This document shows positions 26,172 to 33,228 of a stretch of DNA of 33,228 nucleotides, piece after piece; position 1 is the first letter of the stretch; each line of letters starts with the position of its first letter. This DNA is from Bacillota bacterium. Its GTDB lineage: Bacteria; Bacillota; Clostridia; Clostridiales; Clostridiaceae. Under the pieces are notes generated by a model. It was not told the DNA's origin. It saw only the letters and a program-made list of their open reading frames with translations, and ran no database searches. Where the stretch lies: positions 1 to 33,228 of the forward strand of contig JAJYBA010000001.1 of NCBI GenBank assembly GCA_021779235.1, given 5' to 3'. The translations under genes were made by a program, and so were the position numbers.

Positions 26172-27293
26172 TTACTTACCGAATATTTTATCCACAAAGG
26201 ACTTTTTATTTTCTTCAGAAAGTTCTACACTCTCACCACTAGCTTCCATAAAAAGCTTCAAAGCTTCCTTTTGCTTATCGTTCAAGGATTTTGGAACATC
26301 AACAATAACCTTTACGTATTGATCCCCTCTTCCATGTCCGTTTACTCTAGGTATACCCTTACCCTTAAGTCTAAACACTGTGCCTGGTTGTGTTCCTGCA
26401 GGAACTTTGTATTTAACGTCTCCATCCACAGTTGGCACTTTAATTTCAGTTCCTAGGGCTGCATATCCAAAGCTTATATGAGATTCTATATGAATATCAA
26501 TTCCATTCCTCTTAAAAGTTTTATGAGGAGCTACTCTGATATTTATATATAAGTCTCCTGGTGGACCACCCTTTTCACCGTGTTCACCTTGCCCTCTTAG
26601 AGGCATTACATTCCCTGTATCAACTCCACCTGGAACATTAATTTTAATTTTTCTGTTTTTTCTCTCTTTTCCAGAGCCATGACAAGTTTTACATGGATCA
26701 GAAATAATTTGGCCTTTGCCTCCACACTTATCACAAGTGCTCATGCTAGCAAAGCTTCCAAAAGCAGTGTTTCTCTGAACTCTTATCTGCCCATTTCCAC
26801 CACACTTATCACAGGTTTTTGGTGTAGTACCAGCTTTAGCACCGCTACCACCACAATCCTCACATTTTTCGTTTCTTGTAATGGATATCTCTTTTTCTAC
26901 CCCAAAAACAGACTCTTCAAAGCTTAAATTTAAATTATATTCTAAATCTGCACCTTTTCTTGGCCCATTCTGATTTCTCGAAGAGGATCCACCTCCAAAT
27001 ATGTCCCCAAATATATCTCCAAAACCACCAAAGCCTGAAAAATCAAAGCCACCATCAAAGCCTGCTCCACTAGGATCAGCTGTACCAAATTGATCATACC
27101 TTGATCTTTTTTCTGAATCAGATAAAACTTGGTATGCTTCATTCATTTCTTTGAATTTTTCTTCTGCTTCTTTATTGTCTGGATTTCTATCTGGATGGTA
27201 TTTCAATGCAGCTTTTTTAAAAGCCCTCTTAATTTCTTCTTCACTGGCACCTCTTTCTATGCCAAGAGTTTCATAATAATCTTTTTTTGCCAT
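26172..27293 (-). CDS. dnaJ: Chaperone DnaJ
   Basis: HPD J-domain, G/F-rich region, four CxxCxGxG repeats. Start at MAKKDYY (27293). Confidence 0.99.
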   Translation of the reverse strand: MAKKDYYETLGIERGASEEEIKRAFKKAALKYHPDRNPDNKEAEEKFKEMNEAYQVLSDSEKRSRYDQFGTADPSGAGFDGGFDFSGFGGFGDIFGDIFGGGSSSRNQNGPRKGADLEYNLNLSFEESVFGVEKEISITRNEKCEDCGGSGAKAGTTPKTCDKCGGNGQIRVQRNTAFGSFASMSTCDKCGGKGQIISDPCKTCHGSGKERKNRKIKINVPGGVDTGNVMPLRGQGEHGEKGGPPGDLYINIRVAPHKTFKRNGIDIHIESHISFGYAALGTEIKVPTVDGDVKYKVPAGTQPGTVFRLKGKGIPRVNGHGRGDQYVKVIVDVPKSLNDKQKEALKLFMEASGESVELSEENKKSFVDKIFGK

Positions 27294-27413
27294 CCTGTTT
27301 TTCACCACCTAAAATATATATGCTTTTATAATATAAACTAATCTACAAAATAATTCAACCCATACTATTATATAGACTTTCTATATTTATTGCTAATAAT
27401 AGTTTACTTAAAG

Positions 27414-27441
27414 TAAGGGAAGGGTAATTACCCATCCCTTA
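27414..27441 (-). terminator. Stem-loop after dnaK (terminator or stabiliser)
   Basis: TAAGGGA.GGGTA/TACCC.TCCCTTA inverted repeat. Confidence 0.65.
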
Positions 27442-27458
27442 ACTAATGATTTTATTAA

Positions 27459-29309
27459 TTATTTATCGTCTTCTACTTTGAAATCAGCATCTACTACATT
27501 ATCATCATGTGCGGCATTTCCACCCATGTTATTTGGATCAAAACCAGCATCTTGGCCTTGGCCTTGTTGTGCTGCTTCTGCTTGATATATTTTTGTAGTC
27601 ACTGCATAAAAAGCCTCAGTTAACTCTTCAGTAGATTTTTTTATAGCTTCTATGTCTTCTCCATCTTTAACTTTTTTAAGAGCTTCTAATTTAGCCTCAA
27701 TATTAGTCTTATCTTCATTTGAAACTTTTTCGCCAAGTTCAGTTAAGCTCTTTTCAGTTTGATATACTAACTGATCTGCATTGTTCTTAACCTCAATTGC
27801 TTCTTTTCTCATTTTATCTTCTTCTGCAAATTTTTCTGCTTCTTTTACTGCTTTATCAATTTCATCATCACTTAAATTAGTTGATGCTGTAATTGTTACA
27901 TTAGCTTCTTTTCCTGTTCCTTTATCTTTAGCTGATACATTAACTATACCATTAGCGTCTATGTCAAAAGTAACTTCTATTTGTGGAATTCCTCTTGGTG
28001 CTGCTGCTATTCCAGAAAGAGTAAATCTTCCTAAAGTTTTGTTGCCTGCAGCCATTTGTCTTTCACCTTGAACAATATGAATTTCAACTGATGTTTGACC
28101 ATCTGCTGCTGTTGAGAATACTTGACTCTTTTTAGCAGGAATTGTAGTATTTCTTTCAATTAAGGCTGTAGCTATTCCGCCTAAAGTTTCAATTCCTAGC
28201 GTTAATGGAGTTACGTCAAGAAGTAAAACATCTTTAACTTCTCCAGTTAATACTCCTGCTTGAATTGCTGCACCTACTGCAACACATTCATCTGGATTTA
28301 CCCCTTTTGAAGGCTCTTTTCCAGTAAAGTTTTTAACAGCTTCTTGAACTGCTGGTGTTCTTGTTGAACCACCTACAAGTACAACTTTATCTATTTCATT
28401 AAGTGATAAACCTGCATCTGCAAGTGCTTTTTTCATTGGCTCTATTGTAGCATCAACTAAATCATGAGTTAACTCATTAAATTTAGCTCTAGTTAAATTC
28501 ATATCTATATGCTTTGGACCTGTTGCATCTGCAGTAATAAATGGTAGATTAATATTTGTTTGCATTGATGATGATAATTCAATCTTTGCCTTTTCAGCAG
28601 CTTCTTTTAATCTTTGAAGTGCCATTTTATCATTTCTTAAATCTATTCCATTATCAGCTTTAAACGTATCAGCTATATGATTCATAACCTTTTGGTCAAA
28701 GTCATCTCCGCCAAGTTTAGTATTTCCATTAGTTGATTTAACTTCGAATAAGCCATCACCTAATTCTAATATAGATACGTCAAATGTACCGCCACCTAAA
28801 TCGTATACTAATATTTTTTGGTTAGTATCCATTTTGTCTAAACCATAAGCTAATGCTGCTGCTGTTGGCTCATTGATAATTCTCTTAACTTCAAGTCCAG
28901 CTATTTTTCCAGCATCTTTTGTTGCTTGTCTTTGGCTATCATTGAAATATGCAGGTACAGTTATTACTGCTTCTGTAACTGTTTCTCCTAAATAAGCCTC
29001 AGCATCGGCTTTGATTTTTTGTAAAACCATAGCTGAAATTTCTTGTGGTGTATGATCTTTTCCATCAATAGTAACTTTATGATTAGTACCCATTTCTCTT
29101 TTTATTGACATTATTGTTTTATCTGGATTTGTAATTGCTTGTCTTTTAGCTACTTGACCTACTAATCTTTCTCCATTAGCTTGAAATGAAACTACAGATG
29201 GTGTAGTTCTTGCACCTTCTGAGTTAGAGATTACTACTGGTTCTCCACCCTCCATAACTGCTACACATGAATTTGTTGTACCTAAGTCAATTCCTATAAT
29301 TTTTCCCAT
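27459..29309 (-). CDS. dnaK: Chaperone DnaK (Hsp70)
   Basis: [33 protein letters not shown]. Confidence 0.99.
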   Translation of the reverse strand: MGKIIGIDLGTTNSCVAVMEGGEPVVISNSEGARTTPSVVSFQANGERLVGQVAKRQAITNPDKTIMSIKREMGTNHKVTIDGKDHTPQEISAMVLQKIKADAEAYLGETVTEAVITVPAYFNDSQRQATKDAGKIAGLEVKRIINEPTAAALAYGLDKMDTNQKILVYDLGGGTFDVSILELGDGLFEVKSTNGNTKLGGDDFDQKVMNHIADTFKADNGIDLRNDKMALQRLKEAAEKAKIELSSSMQTNINLPFITADATGPKHIDMNLTRAKFNELTHDLVDATIEPMKKALADAGLSLNEIDKVVLVGGSTRTPAVQEAVKNFTGKEPSKGVNPDECVAVGAAIQAGVLTGEVKDVLLLDVTPLTLGIETLGGIATALIERNTTIPAKKSQVFSTAADGQTSVEIHIVQGERQMAAGNKTLGRFTLSGIAAAPRGIPQIEVTFDIDANGIVNVSAKDKGTGKEANVTITASTNLSDDEIDKAVKEAEKFAEEDKMRKEAIEVKNNADQLVYQTEKSLTELGEKVSNEDKTNIEAKLEALKKVKDGEDIEAIKKSTEELTEAFYAVTTKIYQAEAAQQGQGQDAGFDPNNMGGNAAHDDNVVDADFKVEDDK

Positions 29310-29390
29310 TATTATTTCCTCCTTATATTCCTTTTAGTCCATAACAATTATCACTGTTAAGGTTCTTATATTTTTTTATAATATGAATTA

Positions 29391-30053
29391 TTAATTTGCA
29401 ACTTTAACCATGCTATGTCTTAATACCTTATTTGCTCTTTTATATCCCTTTTGGAATACTTCAACTATTTCATTGACTCCATACTGTTCATCTTGAACAT
29501 GCATTACCGCATTATGAAGATTTGGGTCAAACTCACCTTCAGAAGCTAATTGTTCCACTCCTAATTTAGTAAAGGCATCATTGAATTGTCTTACTGTCAT
29601 CTCCACACCAATTCTTAGATCCTCTCCAGAGCCTTCAACAGAAAGTGCTCTTTCTAAGTTATCTAATACTGGTAGAACTTCCTTTAAGACATCTTCACAG
29701 GCATCAGTATATATACCCTCTTTCTCTTTTACTGTCCTTTTTCTAAAATTCTCATATTCAGCAGTTGTCCTTAAAAGTTTATCTTTAAAGGCATTAACCT
29801 CATTCTGTAATTTCTTGTTTTCTTCTTCTAGTTTCTTCATTTTTTTCTTCATATCTTTCTCTTTTTCACTTTCTAAAAGTTCTTCAAACTCTTCGTCTTC
29901 TACTATTTCAGCTTCTTCTGGAGTTTCTTCTACAAAACCCTCAGTTTCTTCTATATTGCTTTGAGCTACTTTAATGTCATCAGTTGAACTTGAATCCTCT
30001 TTTGCCATCGTTGTGTTTTCTTCTTTTAAAATTTCTTCATTATTTGTATGCAC
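29391..30053 (-). CDS. grpE: Nucleotide exchange factor GrpE
   Basis: AEYENFRKR, LPVLDNLERAL, FDPNLHNAV, QKGY..LRHSMVKV. Confidence 0.98.
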   Translation of the reverse strand: MHTNNEEILKEENTTMAKEDSSSTDDIKVAQSNIEETEGFVEETPEEAEIVEDEEFEELLESEKEKDMKKKMKKLEEENKKLQNEVNAFKDKLLRTTAEYENFRKRTVKEKEGIYTDACEDVLKEVLPVLDNLERALSVEGSGEDLRIGVEMTVRQFNDAFTKLGVEQLASEGEFDPNLHNAVMHVQDEQYGVNEIVEVFQKGYKRANKVLRHSMVKVAN

Positions 30054-30103
30054 TCAATCATTCCTCCATTTCAAACTCAAAGTAAAGCTTTTAAATTAAA
30101 ACT

Positions 30104-31150
30104 TTATCTATGATCATCATAAATTTGAGCTATATTGTCATTTAATTCTTTAACTATTTCAGTTAAAACAGATATAACTTTCCCATAAGGTATTCTTGTT
30201 GGTCCGATAACACCAATAGATCCTAGGGGTATTCCAGATGCGCTATAAACCGCAGTTATAATACTGCATTCTCTAGCACACTCAACAAAATTTTCTCCAC
30301 CAATTTTGATTGTAATATTACCAGTGATGTCTTGAGCACCTAGCAAACTATTTATACTCTCTTTATTGTCTACTAAAACTAAGAATTCTCTAGCTTTATC
30401 AATGTTGTTATATTCTGGGTAGTTAAATATATTTGCAGCACCCTGAATGTAAACTTCTGAAGTTTCAACACCAGATAAACTATCATATAAAGCTGGAATA
30501 ATACCGTCAAAAATTTCTTGGTAAGAAGCTAAATCACTTTTTAAATTATTAATGACTTCTAAATTTATTTGTTCAATTGTAAGCCTTCCTAATCTAAAAT
30601 TAAGTATATTGGTTAGTCTTTCTATGACAGCACTACCAATAGGCTTACTAATTTTAATAACATTATTTTTGATGATACCACTGTCAGTAATAATTACGAA
30701 CAAAACACTTCCCGCATCTAGATTTATTAGCTGAATGTATTTTATACAGCTCTTTTGAACAGAAGGTGCCTTAACTATAGATGTAAGATTTGTTAGATCA
30801 GAAAGCATTTGTGTTGCTTGCTTAACAATCTTATCAACCTCATATAAAGCAGCATTAATAAGCTGGTTTTTGATCATATATTGTTCCTCAGTAGATAATT
30901 TTGTAATTTGCATAAGTCTATCAACATATAACCGATAACCCTTATCTGATGGTTTTCTACCAGATGAGGTATGTAGTTGTTCTATATATCCCATCTCTTC
31001 AAGGTCTGACATTTCATTTCTTATAGTAGCTGAACTAATACCTAAATCATACTTTTTGGCTATGGTTCTGGACCCTACAGGCTCACCATTATTTATATAA
31101 TCTGTAACTATAGCCTGAAGTATTTTAATTTTTCTTTCATCCATTTCCAT
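30104..31150 (-). CDS. hrcA: Heat-inducible transcription repressor HrcA
   Basis: EPVGSRTI, SSATIRNEM.DLE, HTSSGRKPSDKGYR, GVIGPTR. Start at 31150 because the ORF-track start lies inside CIRCE. Confidence 0.98.
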   Translation of the reverse strand: MEMDERKIKILQAIVTDYINNGEPVGSRTIAKKYDLGISSATIRNEMSDLEEMGYIEQLHTSSGRKPSDKGYRLYVDRLMQITKLSTEEQYMIKNQLINAALYEVDKIVKQATQMLSDLTNLTSIVKAPSVQKSCIKYIQLINLDAGSVLFVIITDSGIIKNNVIKISKPIGSAVIERLTNILNFRLGRLTIEQINLEVINNLKSDLASYQEIFDGIIPALYDSLSGVETSEVYIQGAANIFNYPEYNNIDKAREFLVLVDNKESINSLLGAQDITGNITIKIGGENFVECARECSIITAVYSASGIPLGSIGVIGPTRIPYGKVISVLTEIVKELNDNIAQIYDDHR

Positions 31151-31166
31151 AATATCACCTCTTTTA

Positions 31167-31193
31167 TTAGCACTCACTACCATTGAGTGCTAA
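31167..31193. promoter_or_regulatory. CIRCE element (HrcA operator)
   Basis: Perfect TTAGCACTC-N9-GAGTGCTAA. Confidence 0.99.
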
Positions 31194-31206
31194 CGAGTAC
31201 ATGTTT

Positions 31207-31235
31207 AAAATATCATTTACTATTGTATTTGTCAA
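31207..31235 (-). promoter_or_regulatory. Sigma-A promoter of the hrcA-dnaK operon
   Basis: TTGACA-N17-TATTTT with extended TG, immediately upstream of CIRCE. Confidence 0.8.
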
Positions 31236-31316
31236 TAACCTCTGTTTTTCAATATAGCCATTTTATATTGATTATTCGAATTTAGATTTCAAATGCTACG
31301 TTTTTCTTTAATTTTC

Positions 31317-31348
31317 TAGGGAGCTTTATTGAAAAATAAAGCTCCCTA
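31317..31348 (-). terminator. Stem-loop downstream of hemW, probable terminator
   Basis: TAGGGAGCTTTATT-gaaa-AATAAAGCTCCCTA, perfect 14-bp stem. Confidence 0.6.
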
Positions 31349-31480
31349 TTTCTTCTAGAATTATAGCGTTTTCTTATTTACATTGCTTTGAATTAAATCA
31401 TCATCTGTGGTGTTGAAATATCGTTAGTGTATTGGAACCAAACTATTTTTTATCCTGATTAGTTAATGTTTTTAAAACTC

Positions 31481-32602
31481 CTATAGAAGAAATTCTGCCA
31501 TTATTACATTAGATAATTGAGTACCTTCATAAGTTAAAAAAATACTAGTAGTACTTTCCTTCATGAATCCTGTGTTTATATATTTATTTAATACTTCTCC
31601 ATAAACACTATGAATATCTTTACTAAATCTTTGCATAAATTCACTTTTGCTTATACCTAGGTTTTTTCTAAGCCCCATAAACATATACTCTTCCATATCA
31701 TCTTTAAAGGAATTCTTATTTTTTTCTACTATTGCAGAGCCTTGAACATTTATTTTTTCAATATATTTTTCTACATTTTCTTCATTTCTATACCTAAATC
31801 CGTCACTATATGAATGAGAGGCAGCTCCACACCCAATATATTCATTCAAATCCCAATATACCAAATTGTGTTTGCAAGACATGTTATTTTTTGCAAAATT
31901 TGAAATTTCGTATTGCATATATCCTTTTTTTCTTAAATATTCTATTGTTTTCTCGTACATACTTCTTTCTAATTCCTCATGCGGAAGCATCAATGTTCCT
32001 TGTTCAAATCTTTTATAAAAACCTGTTCCCTCTTCCACTATTAAGCTATAGCAAGATAAATGTTCCGGATTAAGCTCAGTTACATTCTCTAAGGTCTCTA
32101 GCCATTGCTTAAGCGTTTGATTCGGTAAGCCAAACATTAAATCTACGTTGATGTTCTCAAAGCCTAACTCTCTAGCGAGTCTAAAGCTTTGTTTAAAATC
32201 TTCAATAGTATGGATTCTTCCTAGTTCTTTTAGAAGCGAATCCTGCCAGGCTTGAAGTCCAATACTAAGCCTATTCACTCCCAACTTCTTTAAAAAATTT
32301 AATTTTTCTCTTGTAAAAGTTCCTGGATTTCCTTCTACTGTAAACTCTAAGTCCTCACAGACTTCTAGTCTGTTTATACTTTTTCTTATTATTTCCCAGC
32401 CTTCTAAAGATAAATAGGTGGGAGTTCCCCCACCTATAAATATAGTTTTTATTTTTTTATCTTTTATACTATCTATTTCTTTTGCTAAGGCTGTGGCATA
32501 ATCCAGCATACAATCCTCTTTACCAGCAAAAGAAGGAAAATCACAATATAAACACTTCTGCCTGCAAAAAGGAATATGTATATATAGCGCCACATTTTTC
32601 AT
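31481..32602 (-). CDS. hemW: Radical-SAM heme chaperone HemW (HemN-like)
   Basis: YIHIPFCRQKCLYCDF, GGGTP, YEISNFA, HNLVYW; lepA-hemW-hrcA synteny. Confidence 0.93.
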   Translation of the reverse strand: MKNVALYIHIPFCRQKCLYCDFPSFAGKEDCMLDYATALAKEIDSIKDKKIKTIFIGGGTPTYLSLEGWEIIRKSINRLEVCEDLEFTVEGNPGTFTREKLNFLKKLGVNRLSIGLQAWQDSLLKELGRIHTIEDFKQSFRLARELGFENINVDLMFGLPNQTLKQWLETLENVTELNPEHLSCYSLIVEEGTGFYKRFEQGTLMLPHEELERSMYEKTIEYLRKKGYMQYEISNFAKNNMSCKHNLVYWDLNEYIGCGAASHSYSDGFRYRNEENVEKYIEKINVQGSAIVEKNKNSFKDDMEEYMFMGLRKNLGISKSEFMQRFSKDIHSVYGEVLNKYINTGFMKESTTSIFLTYEGTQLSNVIMAEFLL

Positions 32603-32693
32603 AGTTTAAGCCTTCTTTCTTAATTTATAAGAATTAAAAGTTGAGAATTGAAAGTTATTGTTTTCCATCACTCTCAACTCTCAACTATTTTAT

Positions 32694-33228
32694 TTAATCC
32701 ACCTTGAGTATAGCCATAAATGCTTCTTGTGGAACTTCTACACTTCCAACCTGTCTCATTCTCTTTTTACCTTCTTTTTGTTTCTCTAACAATTTTCTCT
32801 TTCTTGAAATATCCCCACCATAACATTTAGCCAAAACATCTTTTCTCATTGCTTTTACAGTTTCTCTTGCTATTATCTTTGCGTTTATAGCTGCCTGTAT
32901 TGGAATTTCAAACATTTGTCTTGGTATATGTTCTTTTAGTTTTTCAGTCATTACTCTTCCTCTATGGGAAGCTGTCTCCTCAGGAACAATCATAGAAAGA
33001 GCATCAACTTTTTCTCCATTAAGTAAAATATCTAATTTTACAAGCTTTGTCCTGATATATCCCTTTAATTCATAGTCAAAGGATGCATAGCCCTTGGTTC
33101 TTGATTTCAAGGCATCAAAAAAGTCATATACTATTTCATTAAGTGGCAAATCATAATTTACTACCACTCTAGTGGTTTCTATATAGTGCATATCAATATA
33201 TATACCTCTTTTTTGTTGGCATAACTCC
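32694..33228 (-). CDS. lepA: Elongation factor 4, C-terminal part (5' end outside the window)
   Basis: [55 protein letters not shown]. Confidence 0.99.
   Translation of the reverse strand, partial: ELCQQKRGIYIDMHYIETTRVVVNYDLPLNEIVYDFFDALKSRTKGYASFDYELKGYIRTKLVKLDILLNGEKVDALSMIVPEETASHRGRVMTEKLKEHIPRQMFEIPIQAAINAKIIARETVKAMRKDVLAKCYGGDISRKRKLLEKQKEGKKRMRQVGSVEVPQEAFMAILKVD

Noticed and set aside
26722-26813. Direct repeat CCACACTTATCACA within dnaJ
   Set aside because: It encodes the repeated CDKCGG zinc-finger motifs.
28350-28375. DnaK reads GGSTRTP where GGSTRIP/MP is common
   Set aside because: It is a single substitution, and I cannot judge its significance without an alignment.
4147-32073. 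Many short + strand ORFs (e.g. 4147, 4849, 10240, 13594, 18764, 19562, 27781, 29581) and the alternative-frame ORF 26942..27142
   Set aside because: They overlap well-supported genes. The Ser/Ile/Phe-rich translations are the expected antisense consequence of codon bias.
32631-32690. Heptamer-like repeats and imperfect hairpin (AGTTGAGA/TCTCAACT) between lepA and hemW
   Set aside because: It is short and degenerate, consistent with an ordinary intergenic stem-loop.

Overview
Low-GC Clostridium (sensu stricto-like) core chromosome segment, almost entirely on the minus strand. Order of transcription, right to left: lepA (partial), hemW, CIRCE/hrcA-grpE-dnaK-dnaJ, prmA-rsmE-mtaB, HIT, rpsU, yqeY (pseudogene), yqfC-yqfD-pgpH-ybeY-dgkA/PAP2, cdd-era-recO, DUF4342, ccpN-ppdK, [cotS-like on + strand], dgt, dnaG-rpoD, membrane protein-trmK-nif3, rnpB (RNase P RNA), purL (partial). 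I see no mobile element, prophage, CRISPR array or defence island, and I cannot support a wholly new system here. The ORF track misses or mis-starts several features: purL, rnpB, rpsU, a multiply disrupted yqeY, and full-length recO, which has no in-frame ATG/GTG/TTG and appears to start at CTG. The most interesting signals are small. They include an 18-bp-period palindromic repeat array at the cdd transcription start, probable non-canonical starts (recO CTG, ccpN ATA), and a kinase-phosphatase fusion with a degenerate PAP2 motif. There are also four sigma-H-type promoters, a PurR-type operator at purL, and several unexplained long hairpins.
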